Positions 34,139 to 46,327 of a stretch of DNA of 64,000 bases are shown one piece after another. Location: NCBI GenBank assembly GCA_000146045.2, contig BK006947.3:672001-736000 (forward strand), given 5' to 3'. The notes beneath the pieces are model-generated. The model saw only the letters and a list, made by a program, of their open reading frames with translations, had not been told where the DNA came from and ran no database searches. The position numbers and the translations under genes were made by a program. The stretch's first letter is position 1. Every line of letters begins with the position of its first letter. This stretch comes from TPA_inf: Saccharomyces (lineage: Eukaryota).

Positions 34139-35608
34139 ATGCATTTGAAAAAGGGGAAGAGGAGTATTAGCACAGTATGGCGACTTTTATGGAAGCGTTT
34201 TTATTCCGTAAACTCTAAGACGAATATGCATTTTTCTCGAAGTAGGAAGAAACCAGTGACAAACTTCACAAGGACAAACGGACTTCTCCTGAGCTGTAAT
34301 GGTGATACATTCCCATATCTGCGTACACTGTGGAGATACTTCAATGCGCCTGGTAATTTGATGTTTGTCACAACTAATATTGTCGCATTTATGGGCATTG
34401 TTACGTATAATACGCTGGTTACTATCAGCAGTGAAAGAGCATTCGAAGAGCAGATGATGGCGGCACAGGTGAGCCTGGCGAAACAGAGAGAAGAGCTCGA
34501 GACTACGGCCCTCAGCTTGCCACGAGATATTGAATTGAGGGGTGAAGAAGATGATATTAAATGGGAGCAACCTGATGTAGCACATGTCCGGGAAGATCCC
34601 TTAGTCGAGGAGCAGAACGCAAAGTTAGACACCCCTATAAAACAGTATACTTTAGGAGATTTGATTTTGAATAAGAGGGAAAATGTCACTGATTATGACT
34701 CGCAGCGTGCGAAGGCATCTATATTCCACATGCTATATGCTTATATGCTGTATCGAGATGTTATTCAACCCACGACCATGACTCAAAATAACAACAGCGA
34801 GGAATGGCGGCGTGAAGTCGAGCTTTTGACTAAGGGAAAAGAGGTACAAGGTACTCATCGAAGGATAGACGTGTTCTACGACCTGTGGAATAAAAATTTC
34901 GATAAGATAGTGACATCACCTGAGAAAGTGCAGAATTTTCAACTGCCGAACTGGTCTAAATACCCAACGATATTGAAATTCATCTGCACAGAACTTCACG
35001 ACAACAGTTTGAAGACCTTGGGTGAGTTTAAGCAATTCTATGGAAAGGTGCGATCTAACGAGGTAAAAAAACTGTTGGGTCTTTGGCTGTACGACCATTC
35101 CTTCCTTTTCCCCCATAATATCTACGACAACAGAACCGAAGAAGATTTTTACGATATATTAATTAATGACTCCATGCAGGATAACAGGATATTCCAGAAA
35201 TACTCTTCAATTGTAATGAATCCCTACAACGAACGTACTCAACTTTTTTTCCCTAATGTAAATTCTCCATCTGTCAACAAGCCAGTACCGAGCATATCTC
35301 TGGAAACATACACACGACTACTCAAGGGATATATCAACTTGCAAGAAACAGGCTGCAAATACGACTATAATGACAATATATTCAAACTAATCAGCATCCT
35401 CAAACTAAATTGTTTCCTACAACGCAACAAGAAGAAACACGCAGGGCCAACCGTCAGAATCCTACTGCCGAGAGATGAAGACCGCTCTCAAATACTTGGT
35501 ACCATTTCGCAGGCAGAGAAGAGAACCTGTTATCAAATTCTAAGCAAAAATAGGGACGTGGTTGCGCTGCTGAAACGCATTTCTGATATCCAGGCGGACT
35601 CTTCTTAA
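34139..35608 (+). CDS. PET494: Pet494, mitochondrial translational activator of COX3 mRNA (489 aa)
   Basis: The ORF-track start is TTG 34097. The ATG at 34139 (MHLKKGKRSISTVWRLLWKRFYS...) gives 489 aa. Confidence 0.85.
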   Translation: MHLKKGKRSISTVWRLLWKRFYSVNSKTNMHFSRSRKKPVTNFTRTNGLLLSCNGDTFPYLRTLWRYFNAPGNLMFVTTNIVAFMGIVTYNTLVTISSERAFEEQMMAAQVSLAKQREELETTALSLPRDIELRGEEDDIKWEQPDVAHVREDPLVEEQNAKLDTPIKQYTLGDLILNKRENVTDYDSQRAKASIFHMLYAYMLYRDVIQPTTMTQNNNSEEWRREVELLTKGKEVQGTHRRIDVFYDLWNKNFDKIVTSPEKVQNFQLPNWSKYPTILKFICTELHDNSLKTLGEFKQFYGKVRSNEVKKLLGLWLYDHSFLFPHNIYDNRTEEDFYDILINDSMQDNRIFQKYSSIVMNPYNERTQLFFPNVNSPSVNKPVPSISLETYTRLLKGYINLQETGCKYDYNDNIFKLISILKLNCFLQRNKKKHAGPTVRILLPRDEDRSQILGTISQAEKRTCYQILSKNRDVVALLKRISDIQADSS

Positions 35609-35787
35609 TAAAACATGTAAATATGTACCTCCCAAATCACACTCATCATCTCATACGAAACTGTATCTTTTTGGGTAAAATTTTCATCGATGAGCTTTAA
35701 AAGCAAAACTACTTCACCAGCAATGAAGCTACTGTAGCATCCTATGATCTCTTCGGCTCTACACATCATATTACTAGCCTAGTCAAC

Positions 35788-36195
35788 ATGAAGTTCTTAA
35801 CCACCAACTTCCTAAAGTGCTCCGTTAAAGCCTGTGACACCAGCAACGACAACTTCCCCCTACAGTACGACGGCAGCAAATGCCAATTGGTACAGGATGA
35901 ATCTATCGAGTTCAATCCAGAATTCCTTCTGAACATAGTCGACCGCGTAGACTGGCCTGCAGTGCTCACGGTTGCTGCCGAATTGGGAAACAACGCCTTA
36001 CCTCCTACCAAACCATCCTTCCCATCTTCGATCCAGGAGCTCACCGATGACGACATGGCCATCCTTAATGACTTGCATACTTTACTGCTACAGACGTCCA
36101 TTGCCGAAGGTGAAATGAAGTGTAGGAACTGCGGACATATCTATTACATCAAGAACGGCATTCCAAACTTGCTGTTACCTCCACACCTGGTATAA
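35788..36195 (+). CDS. TRM112: Trm112, small zinc-finger activator of methyltransferases (135 aa)
   Basis: 135 aa, MKFLTTNFLKCSVKAC...CRNCGHIYYIKNGIPNLLLPPHLV. Confidence 0.92.
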   Translation: MKFLTTNFLKCSVKACDTSNDNFPLQYDGSKCQLVQDESIEFNPEFLLNIVDRVDWPAVLTVAAELGNNALPPTKPSFPSSIQELTDDDMAILNDLHTLLLQTSIAEGEMKCRNCGHIYYIKNGIPNLLLPPHLV

Positions 36196-36522
36196 ATCAA
36201 GCGAGATCTCTGTGTGTGGGCACGCAAGACGAAAAGACAACTATATACACAGCTATATATGTAGTAGTAGCCTCATATACGTATGGCATCAAACATGTAG
36301 CATAAACAACCTAAAAGGAAAACAAAGACTGAGATCTAACCCACCACAGTTTCTATTTGAGCCTTCCCGTCGCGCGTGATTTGGAGATACAGATTCTAAG
36401 AGCTTTAAAGAACGAGATACTCTCCTGTTTTAAGGACTCACCGGCATATAAGGCAGCAAAGTCGCCGGTTTGAAGGTTCAGGGGCCTTGAAGGTAGTATC
36501 ATTTGGAAAACAGCAAGAGAAT

Positions 36523-39204
36523 ATGGCTGGACACCATCACGAACATGAACAAGAGCGCGACCACGAGCAAGAACACGAACACGATTCCCTTCAACGGCCT
36601 ACTACTGGATCAGAAAGGACTAGAAGTATATCCTTTTCGAAGTTGCTTACGCGGTCATGGAAAAGGAATGCGAGTTCATCGAACAACATGAGTGTGTCTA
36701 GCGTGAATCTGTATTCGGATCCAGAGAACTCGAGAGAATCAGATCACAATAATAGTGGCTCAGAGGGCCAGTCTTCACGATTTTCTAAATTGAAAAGTAT
36801 GTTCCAATCCGGCAATAGCAGCAAAAATGCCAGTGCCCATAACAGCAGCCAAAGCAGTCTTGAAGGTGACTCGGCGTCATCTTCATCTAAGTTAAGATAC
36901 GTTAAACCAATGACTTCTGTTGCCAATGCTTCTCCGGCATCTCCACCACTTTCTCCCACGATCCCGGAAACGGATGTTCTTCAAACACCAAAGATGGTAC
37001 ATATAGATCAACATGAACATGAGCGTGAACACTCGAATTGCGGGTCTCCAATAATGCTTTCATCATCCTCTTTCAGTCCTACTGTTGCCAGGACTGGGAC
37101 GGGTAGGAGAAGATCACCGTCTACTCCGATAATGCCCAGTCAGAACTCGAATAACTCTAGTAGCACCTCTGCTATCAGACCAAATAATTATCGTCACCAT
37201 TCAGGATCTCAGGGGTTTTCTTCCAACAATCCATTCAGAGAAAGGGCAGGTACGGTACGCAGTAGTAACCCATATTTTGCATACCAAGGTCTACCAACTC
37301 ATGCCATGTCTTCTCACGACCTCGATGAAGGATTCCAACCATATGCAAATGGCAGCGGCATTCACTTTTTGTCCACCCCCACCTCGAAGACAAATTCTTT
37401 GACAAACACCAAAAATTTAAGTAATTTATCACTAAACGAGATTAAGGAAAATGAAGAAGTGCAAGAATTCAATAACGAGGATTTCTTCTTTCACGATATT
37501 CCGAAAGATTTATCGCTCAAAGATACGCTGAATGGCTCACCCAGTAGAGGTAGTTCCAAGAGCCCCACGATTACTCAAACGTTCCCTTCAATCATTGTCG
37601 GATTTGACAATGAGTACGAGGAAGATAACAACAATGATAAACATGATGAAAAGGAAGAACAACAAACGACAACCGACAATAAAACGAGAAATCTTTCACC
37701 TACCAAACAAAATGGTAAAGCTACCCATCCAAGGATAAAAATACCTTTAAGAAGAGCAGCTTCAGAACCAAACGGGTTGCAACTCGCATCTGCCACATCG
37801 CCGACATCTTCTTCAGCAAGGAAAACATCAGGGTCCAGTAATATAAACGACAAAATCCCAGGCCAATCAGTGCCTCCTCCAAACTCATTTTTCCCTCAAG
37901 AACCCTCTCCAAAGATTTCTGATTTTCCAGAACCTAGGAGGTCCCGACGTTTGAGAACTAAATCTTTCAGCAATAAATTTCAAGATATCATGGTGGGACC
38001 ACAGTCTTTTGAGAAAATAAGATTGCTGGGCCAAGGTGATGTAGGTAAAGTTTTCTTAGTAAGAGAGAAAAAGACGAATAGAGTGTATGCTTTGAAAGTC
38101 TTGAGTAAAGACGAAATGATAAAAAGAAATAAAATCAAACGTGTTCTGACAGAACAAGAGATTCTTGCCACCAGCAATCATCCCTTCATCGTCACACTAT
38201 ACCATTCGTTCCAATCTGAAGACTATTTGTATCTCTGTATGGAATACTGTATGGGCGGGGAGTTTTTCAGAGCTTTACAAACAAGGAAAACCAAATGTAT
38301 ATGTGAAGACGATGCCAGGTTTTATGCCAGTGAAGTGACAGCAGCACTAGAATATTTACATCTGTTGGGTTTTATCTATAGAGATTTAAAACCAGAGAAT
38401 ATTTTGCTGCATCAATCAGGCCATATCATGCTTTCTGACTTCGACTTGTCTATTCAGGCTAAAGATTCCAAGGTTCCTGTTGTCAAGGGTTCCGCTCAAT
38501 CAACCCTTGTTGATACCAAAATATGCTCAGATGGGTTTAGAACCAATTCCTTTGTCGGAACTGAAGAATATATTGCCCCTGAAGTCATAAGAGGTAATGG
38601 CCACACCGCTGCGGTCGATTGGTGGACGCTAGGGATTTTGATCTATGAAATGTTATTTGGTTTCACTCCATTCAAAGGCGATAACACAAATGAAACTTTT
38701 ACGAATATTTTGAAAAATGAGGTCAGTTTTCCCAATAACAATGAAATCTCCAGAACTTGTAAGGATTTGATCAAAAAATTACTGACAAAAAATGAATCTA
38801 AAAGACTGGGTTGCAAAATGGGCGCTGCCGACGTGAAGAAACACCCCTTTTTCAAGAAAGTCCAATGGTCTTTGCTGAGAAATCAAGAACCGCCTCTGAT
38901 ACCAGTGTTATCTGAGGATGGATATGATTTTGCTAAATTATCATCTAATAAGAAGAGACAGACTAGTCAAGACAGCCATAAACATCTCGATGAGCAAGAG
39001 AAAAATATGTTTGAAGAACGAGTTGAATACGACGATGAAGTCTCTGAAGATGATCCATTCCATGACTTCAATTCAATGAGTTTGATGGAACAGGATAACA
39101 ATTCAATGATTTATGGTAATACCAATTCTTATGGGAAAATTGCATACACTCCAAACTCCAACAGATCGAGGAGTAATAGTCATCGAACCTTTTTTAAGAG
39201 ATAA
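36523..39204 (+). CDS. FPK1: Fpk1, AGC-family Ser/Thr kinase that phosphorylates lipid flippases (893 aa)
   Basis: The ORF-track start is TTG 36487. The ATG at 36523 ([16 protein letters not shown]...) gives 893 aa. Kinase domain in the C-terminal third with the long activation-loop insert typical of Fpk1. Confidence 0.9.
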
Positions 39205-39629
39205 AGGGGGCTTTGACGTATAAGTGTCGGTATTTTTTTTTTTTTTATTGATTTTTTTTTCACTCTTATTTTTTCCCTCATTTATTCATCATACATTTAA
39301 CGAACTCTATTTCTTTTCAAAATCCTTATCTACCTATTTTTTTTTCTTTATTTTCTTTCCTCTGTCAGTTAGTCAGTAGTGTGTAACTTAAATAAATCAT
39401 ATATCGGTGTTTCAATTTCTAGCATTCTGTGTAAACATCAGATGAAGCATTGCCTTTCTTTTCAATGAACTCTATGTAGTTTTTTCGATTTGCTTGCGTA
39501 CTATTTTTCACGCGATAGTTGAAGAAACGATAGAAGGATGGCGCAATATACAAGTTAAAAGCAAATAGATATCTAATCAATAGTTAACATCTAGAATAAA
39601 GTGCTGGAACTTAGATTTTTTTGTGCAAT

Positions 39630-40811
39630 ATGGGACTGATATTAAGGTGGAAAGAGAAAAAACAGTTGTCTAGTAAGCAAAATGCTCAAAAATCCAGGAA
39701 ACCGGCAAACACATCGTTTAGACAACAGCGCCTCAAAGCCTGGCAGCCCATCTTGTCGCCACAGAGCGTACTGCCGTTGCTTATTTTGATGGCATGCGTC
39801 TTCGCACCCATTGGTATAGGGCTGGTGGTCAGCACGATAAGTGTCCAAAGACTAGTGGTAAACTACACAGAATGTGATGCATTGGCACCGGCGAAGCATT
39901 TTGAAACGATTCCCTCCGAGTACGTGGACTACCACTTCAGTAAGAAAGTCGCAGTCCAACCTCAATGGATGGTACTTACGGATCCTGAATTAGGCAATCA
40001 AACTTGTCGAATACAGTTCGAAGTTCCAAATCATATCAAGAAATCTACTTATGTTTATTACCGCCTAACAAATTTCAATCAAAACTATAGAGAATATGTG
40101 CAATCTCTTGACCTAGACCAATTAAAAGGAAAAGCATTGATCGGAAATGATCTGGATCCAAACTGTGACCCTTTAAGGACGGTAGAAAATAAGACCATAT
40201 TCCCCTGTGGATTGATAGCAAATTCGATGTTCAATGATACATTCGGCACAACACTTACTGGTGTAAACGATACTGCAGATTATTTGCTTACCACAAAAGG
40301 TATTGCGTGGGACACCGACAGCCACAGATATGGAAAGACCGAATACAATGCATCCGATATCGTACCGCCCCCAAATTGGGCCAAGTTATTTCCCAATGGC
40401 TACACTGACGATAACATTCCAGACCTACAAAACTGGGAACAGTTCAAAATATGGATGAGAACTGCTGCATTGCCCAACTTCTATAAGCTAGCAATGAAAA
40501 ATGAGACCAATGGGTTAGGTAAGGGTATTTACATTGCTGATATAGAACTCAACTACCCAGTAAGATCTTTCTATGGAACAAAATCTTTTGTATTAACCAC
40601 AAACAGTATTATCGGTGCTGGAAACGAGGCATTAGGGATTGTTTATTTGATTGTTGCCGGGATTGCAACTCTTTTCGCCATACTATTCCTGATAAAAGTC
40701 ATCTTCAAACCAAGACCTATGCATGATCATAGCTACCTAAATTTTGAGAACAGCGATACCCCATTCGATGAGAGTAGTGTCGTTAGTATTCCATTGAGAG
40801 AAATTTTATGA
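39630..40811 (+). CDS. YNR048W, Cdc50/Lem3-family P4-ATPase beta subunit (partner of Dnf3), 393 aa
   Basis: The ORF-track start is TTG. The ATG at 39630 (MGLILRWKEKKQ...) gives two TM segments flanking a large luminal domain of the CDC50 family. Confidence 0.86.
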   Translation: MGLILRWKEKKQLSSKQNAQKSRKPANTSFRQQRLKAWQPILSPQSVLPLLILMACVFAPIGIGLVVSTISVQRLVVNYTECDALAPAKHFETIPSEYVDYHFSKKVAVQPQWMVLTDPELGNQTCRIQFEVPNHIKKSTYVYYRLTNFNQNYREYVQSLDLDQLKGKALIGNDLDPNCDPLRTVENKTIFPCGLIANSMFNDTFGTTLTGVNDTADYLLTTKGIAWDTDSHRYGKTEYNASDIVPPPNWAKLFPNGYTDDNIPDLQNWEQFKIWMRTAALPNFYKLAMKNETNGLGKGIYIADIELNYPVRSFYGTKSFVLTTNSIIGAGNEALGIVYLIVAGIATLFAILFLIKVIFKPRPMHDHSYLNFENSDTPFDESSVVSIPLREIL

Positions 40812-41022
40812 TTGATTATCATTTACTATAAAATCCCTGCGTTTGATTCGGTCTCTAGGGAAGCGTTGTAATTTCATGTATATTCAAAATAAGGACGAGG
40901 TTATATACCATACTATATTATCTCCTTGCATTCTGTATCAAACACTTTATTCAGTACATATACGATACCTATATATTCATTAAATGTTCTTTTCGCTTTA
41001 TTTCAGCAAGGTATAGTGCTAT

Positions 41023-41655
41023 TTAAAATCCATAATCGTTATTGCGTCTCTTTAGTCTGTCCTTCATTGCCATTACTCCACTACTTGCGTCTGGTGGCGG
41101 CGTTGGCGTGCTGGAGGTGTTGAAACTGTTCGACGTTTTACTTCGACCGAGACTTGCCCTGAATTCTTGGCCTGCTGAAGGTCTAGTCGGCCGTGATGAA
41201 GCTCTTCTCGGTGTCGCGCTAGAGGAGCTTGTATGATTATTGTATATATCTTGAAACGATTTACTCGCAGGCGTGTACTCCGGTGTGTTCCCGTTTGAAG
41301 AAGGTGTACCCATAGGATCTTCTGAAGAAGCCTTCCTTCTGTTAGAAAAGGATGGCGAGAAATGACGCGAGTTTTGCTTCTTCATATCATGCTTCACTTG
41401 AGTATCTAATATTTTACGTTCGTTCGGTAAATCTTCCTTCTCCCCCAACCATCCTGGGAACCCCTGGAAAGGATGCTGATTTTCATAGAATTTCACAAGC
41501 CCTTTATGGACCAATGTAGTATTTACAGTATCACCATCTTTTTCTGCTTTAATGGATAAATGTGCCAACGATGTAGATAACGATTTGGTTGACGACTTAA
41601 ACTTGTTCCAAAATCGCCCGGATCCTTCTTGGGAATGCGATACTTGACTCATCAT
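41023..41655 (-). CDS. MSO1: Mso1, Sec1-binding secretory protein (210 aa)
   Basis: 210-aa hydrophilic protein, MMSQVSHSQEGSGRFWNKF..., at the expected position. Confidence 0.85.
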   Translation of the reverse strand: MMSQVSHSQEGSGRFWNKFKSSTKSLSTSLAHLSIKAEKDGDTVNTTLVHKGLVKFYENQHPFQGFPGWLGEKEDLPNERKILDTQVKHDMKKQNSRHFSPSFSNRRKASSEDPMGTPSSNGNTPEYTPASKSFQDIYNNHTSSSSATPRRASSRPTRPSAGQEFRASLGRSKTSNSFNTSSTPTPPPDASSGVMAMKDRLKRRNNDYGF

Positions 41656-42047
41656 ATGCGTGAAATCTTAGTTATACTGGTAGTTGGTATTAGGGCCTAG
41701 CGTCTAATAGTTAGTTGGCGTTTTATTTTTTTGCACCTTTCCTAATAGTATTAATCTCTAAAAGTGAAAAACTCCTAAGAGTCTTTACGAGCTCATTTAA
41801 TACGTTCTGATCAGAAGCAAGACTATAAAATGCAATAGCCAATACTTTTTAGACTAAAGGTAGACGACTTACTAGCGGTTCAAGCTTCAGGAACTACACT
41901 CTCAATTACGTTCTAGTCCATTTTGTCCCTCTTTCCGGTTTTTTTTTTTTTACGTTTCCTTATGAAAGTATAAGTAATACTAAAGAAAGATTTATAAAGT
42001 GCCGTTACTGTTACGTATGATAAACCTTTTGATACATTTCTTCTTAT

Positions 42048-43388
42048 TTAAGCCACTGTCTTTTCCTTTAGATAGATGCCGTACTTGTCCTTTAGTTCTT
42101 TCATGATTGGATCATTAATCTCTGGTGAGTATGGCGCTAGTAAGCCTGGTCCCTTGATTGTACCATCTAAGACGAATTTCGTTGCAATGGCAACTGGATA
42201 ACCAACAGTAGCGGCCATAGAACTGTAACCACCAACCTTACCATAGTCAACTAAAGTGGATGTTCTTGTTTCGGTAGTTCCATCAGCCCATTCAATACCG
42301 AATTTGTGTTGTAGTACAACCATATCTCTTTCATTGTCTTCATATTGCATTAGTTCTTCTAAACGTGCACATAGAGTGTCTAAAGCATTACCTCTTGGTG
42401 TGATCTTTGCGTCAGAGAACAAGCCTAACCAAGCAAACCCGGAAAGGATTCTTTCTCTATCTTCATCATCTTTCCAAGTAGCCTTTGAGTCAATGGAAGC
42501 AATCAAATCTTCTTTAGAAGTAGACTTGGCACCTAAATATTGTTTTAGTGCTTCGTTCCAGGCAATTGGCTTGCTGAAGATTTCGTTAGCATCATCCTTC
42601 AACATACCCATGTCAACTAAAGCCTTAACAAATTCTGGGAAACCTTGATATCTCAAAGTACCTCTAATGACCGTTTCGGCTTCTGGAATATGATAAAGAT
42701 CCTTGAAAAGGGTAGAGTCTCTATTTGGGTAGCAAACGAATGCATAACCTGGGTAGATGAAGTAAGGCTTAGCAGTGGCCATTAAGTCTTCGGAAGAAAC
42801 AGTTTCAATCTTTCCGTCTTTCCAGTATTTAGCAGAGTTTCTTAAAGCCAGTAGCACACCTCTGGAGGACCATGAAAATTTGTATCCTAATGGATTATCA
42901 GAGTCTTCAGGAGCTGGTAAACCACCACAGTATGACAAGAATGACTTTAGCTTACCACCAGCTCTGTGAACTTCATCAATAGTCTTGACCGCATACAAGT
43001 GGTCGATACCTGGATCCAACCCAATTTCGTTCATAACTGTAATACCTGCCTTTACGATTTCTGGTTCCAATTCTCTTAAGGCAGGTGAGATGTAAGAGGA
43101 AGTGACGACATCGGTCTTTGTTCTGATGGCGCTCTTTACCACATTTGGATGGAAGGTGTATGGAATCAAAGAGATGACAACATCGTTATCAGCCAGAACT
43201 TTGTCTAAGGCACTGTCATCGGTAACATCCAATGAAATAGCCTTGGATCCAGAGGGCTTGGCCAATGCTTGCGCATTGGCTAATGTTCTACATGCGACAG
43301 TGACATTGATGTCATCATTAGCAGCCAATGTGTCGATAACAGGTTGTGCAACAAAACCAGATCCTAGCAACAAAACGTTCTTTCCCAT
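42048..43388 (-). CDS. LYS9: Lys9, saccharopine dehydrogenase (NADP+, L-glutamate-forming), 446 aa
   Basis: 446 aa, MGKNVLLLGSGFVAQPVIDTLA... Rossmann fold with saccharopine dehydrogenase family similarity. Confidence 0.95.
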   Translation of the reverse strand: MGKNVLLLGSGFVAQPVIDTLAANDDINVTVACRTLANAQALAKPSGSKAISLDVTDDSALDKVLADNDVVISLIPYTFHPNVVKSAIRTKTDVVTSSYISPALRELEPEIVKAGITVMNEIGLDPGIDHLYAVKTIDEVHRAGGKLKSFLSYCGGLPAPEDSDNPLGYKFSWSSRGVLLALRNSAKYWKDGKIETVSSEDLMATAKPYFIYPGYAFVCYPNRDSTLFKDLYHIPEAETVIRGTLRYQGFPEFVKALVDMGMLKDDANEIFSKPIAWNEALKQYLGAKSTSKEDLIASIDSKATWKDDEDRERILSGFAWLGLFSDAKITPRGNALDTLCARLEELMQYEDNERDMVVLQHKFGIEWADGTTETRTSTLVDYGKVGGYSSMAATVGYPVAIATKFVLDGTIKGPGLLAPYSPEINDPIMKELKDKYGIYLKEKTVA

Positions 43389-43604
43389 ATTAAAATATAT
43401 AATACGTTAATATAACTCAATTGTCCTGATAAGTTTTCCCTACTGCCTAAGGATCCTTCCCATGTAATTTTACCAGGACCCTACGGTTTATATACCATTA
43501 AGCCAAATTCTGTGCTACTTTCTATCATCTATTGCTGATAATTCCATTGGAAATTCTCAATACCCTTTATTGACATCTTTATTTTTCACTACAAAGCGAA
43601 TTTT

Positions 43605-43613
43605 TCCAACGGA
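43605..43613. promoter_or_regulatory. Lys14-type site TCCAACGGA (TCCRNYGGA) about 220 bp upstream of LYS9
   Basis: Exact match to the Lys14 consensus read in the LYS9 5' region. LYS9 is a Lys14-activated gene (memory). Confidence 0.6.
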
Positions 43614-44779
43614 ATTTCGATTCCAGAGTATGAGTAATTCTTTTCACTACTAAACGCATTGCTTCGTGGTCAGTAGTAACCGCAATCACACTCTTCACTT
43701 CTGTTGTGGTGAATATCAAAAGAAACAAGAGATCATCCACAATTTCCTCAGCTTGACTTGTCTGCAGTTGCGATTAAAATTTGACTTTTGCTCCACCGCT
43801 CTCTACAGGTATTATATTTGGAAATCATCAAATGATGGGAATCCCCTACGTGGCACTTAGATACGATACATAAGACTCTTGCATATGTAGCTACCAACGT
43901 GGGAAAACCTTTCAAGTAACAGTTTGTTTGCTCTTAGCAACTTCTAGCCCTAATGAAAAAAAATGAAAAATAATTGCCAGCTTTTCCCCGCGACTTTTCA
44001 AAATCGGTATAAAAGCAAGTCGAAAATCAGTCAAAAAACTTTTCTCTCTTGATTGCTTATTGCAATCTCACTTGTTTTTTCCTTGATTTTACTTTCAATT
44101 TAGTTTACAATATCATGGGACTTTATCTCCATGACTATGCCATTTCTAGGTAGCCTATGGTAAACGAATCCCGTAGATTATTCACACGTTTGTTGTCTTT
44201 GTTGACAACAACACAGAGTAAGAAAAAGCAAAAGATTTATCTCTTTTGTCCATCTTTTTTTTATTTTGAAGGCGTGTAACATTTATTGGTTACAACATGG
44301 CTTGTTTTCTTGTCCCTAACAATCGCCAGGAGAATTTTTTTTGAAAATTTTCTTCTATTTTAATTATGTACATAAATGTCGTCAGTTAACTACAAATGAG
44401 CTATCTATCAATATGCTTTTTTTTTTTTTTAATTACTGCTCAAGCTTGCTATCCCCTTCTACCTCCGTTTCCTAGCACAGAAGAAAGTGCCCATATATCA
44501 TTATATTCAATTTTTAACTTGTCTCTTTTTCTTTTCTGCCTCGGTTTCGCGCATCTACTCTACGCTATATTTTCATAATCATCTCATTTAAATGGCATTC
44601 ATTCCCTTCCGCGCCAGTATATTAGTTACTAATCATACAGTTTCTTGTTTCAATTTTTTAGATTTTAATTAGCGGTTTTTTTTTGGTTTTTCTTAAGATT
44701 GGTTTTATGATTTTTTTTTTTCTTTTTCAAATTTTTTTATTATTTTTTCAATTTTTCTTTTTAAAAGGCTTGTGGTTGA

Positions 44780-46327
44780 CTAGTCCTTTCTTTTTAGGGG
44801 TTGCTTTCTATGAGAACGTGTTCCATTAGTAAATATGCCAGGAGGATTATTGCTCGTGGGCTTCTTTACTGTTTTTCTTTCTAAGCATACTTCAATACCA
44901 TCAATTGACTTTTTCTTCTTCTCTAAAGCATCGATTTGGCTCTTTTGAGTTTCAAAGTCGACGACGGCAAAATTGTCTGCAGCTGTTATCCTCATAACTT
45001 TACCGAATTCTTTTTCTAAGGCACTTCTCAATTTTTCTTCTCTTAAGCCATTTGTACCTCTAATGTAGATTGGATAAAAGCCGTCCTTGTTAACGGTGCT
45101 GAATACTGGTTTTTTCTTATTTTTGCTGTTAGCACTAGCGTTGTCCCTCCGATTCCCCATTTCAAATTTTCTTTCAGTCGGTTTCTTGGGTAGTGTTTCA
45201 GGTCTGATGTATTCAACCGTGGTATTATTTTTGCTAATTCTGTCGGAGTTTTCATTCATCAACTTTGAGGCCCATGTCATCTTTGGTGGATTCGCAACGG
45301 GCTCTGGAGAAGATGAAGGTGTTGAAGCGTTATTGCCGGATTCTTTGGCGTCGGAAACCTGTGGCTCTATTGGTTTAATTTCAGTTTCAGCTTCCTTTAC
45401 GCCCCCAGGTACCGGTTTTTCATCACTAACTTCTTTACCGTTGGGCAAAGAAGAGTTATTAACAGCATTTATGGCCTCAACAGAGCCTTCCTTTGTCTTG
45501 ATTGGTGCAGCTTTCTTTTCGGCTTTGTGAGATTTTTCATTTAGTTTAGTAACGTTTCCTAACTCTTCTGTAGAGACCTCATCTTGTTTGTGGTTGCCCT
45601 TAGTACTAGATGGTACCGTTTCGGTGTGAATCTTGGACTCTTTAGTGACGGGTATAGCCCGAGGTTGACTATGATCGACAATTGGTTTTTCCTGAGTTGA
45701 CGATTCAGTTGGCGCAGTTGTGTCTTTGACCGTTTCCTTTTTGGCCTTTGGTTTCGATATTTCTGGTGATTTTTCTTTTTCTTTTTCTTTTTCAACTCCG
45801 GACTCATGCCTTATTTTATCTTCTTCAACTGCACTGACAGAGTTCTCCTCGTTAGATTGTGACAAAGAAGCATCTGTTAAGACATAAGGCTTGAATGAAT
45901 TGGAAATAAATCTGATTATATCATTGGTAATGTCAAACGTAGACCCATTGCTGGATGGTAGCAGGATAAATGTTTGACAAAACTTATAGACCGGAGTTCC
46001 TGTCCAAAACATTTCACCCGTGGCCATGATCAGAATGCTTTTGTGCAAGTGCCCAGTGTACTGGAAATCTATAGTATCTAATTTTAGTTTCAAGCTCCTA
46101 ACTTTGGCATCATTTCTAGAAAAAAACTTATTAATGTTTTCACGTCCAGTAACTTTCACCGTTGGAAGAACGTCATCTTTTTCGTTTGTTGACTTGGACT
46201 GATAATTAGTATGCGTCAACTCGGCTGTACTTGCATAAAAATATGCCAATTTGGAAGGGTCGGTCCTCATTCTTTCGTAGTAGTTTTGCAAAAAGGCAAA
46301 ACATATGTCTTGAACGGTAACACCCAT
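44780..46327 (-). CDS. BRE5: Bre5, Ubp3 deubiquitinase cofactor (NTF2-like + RRM, 515 aa)
   Basis: N-terminal NTF2 domain, acidic/low-complexity middle, C-terminal RRM, 515 aa. Confidence 0.9.
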   Translation of the reverse strand: MGVTVQDICFAFLQNYYERMRTDPSKLAYFYASTAELTHTNYQSKSTNEKDDVLPTVKVTGRENINKFFSRNDAKVRSLKLKLDTIDFQYTGHLHKSILIMATGEMFWTGTPVYKFCQTFILLPSSNGSTFDITNDIIRFISNSFKPYVLTDASLSQSNEENSVSAVEEDKIRHESGVEKEKEKEKSPEISKPKAKKETVKDTTAPTESSTQEKPIVDHSQPRAIPVTKESKIHTETVPSSTKGNHKQDEVSTEELGNVTKLNEKSHKAEKKAAPIKTKEGSVEAINAVNNSSLPNGKEVSDEKPVPGGVKEAETEIKPIEPQVSDAKESGNNASTPSSSPEPVANPPKMTWASKLMNENSDRISKNNTTVEYIRPETLPKKPTERKFEMGNRRDNASANSKNKKKPVFSTVNKDGFYPIYIRGTNGLREEKLRSALEKEFGKVMRITAADNFAVVDFETQKSQIDALEKKKKSIDGIEVCLERKTVKKPTSNNPPGIFTNGTRSHRKQPLKRKD

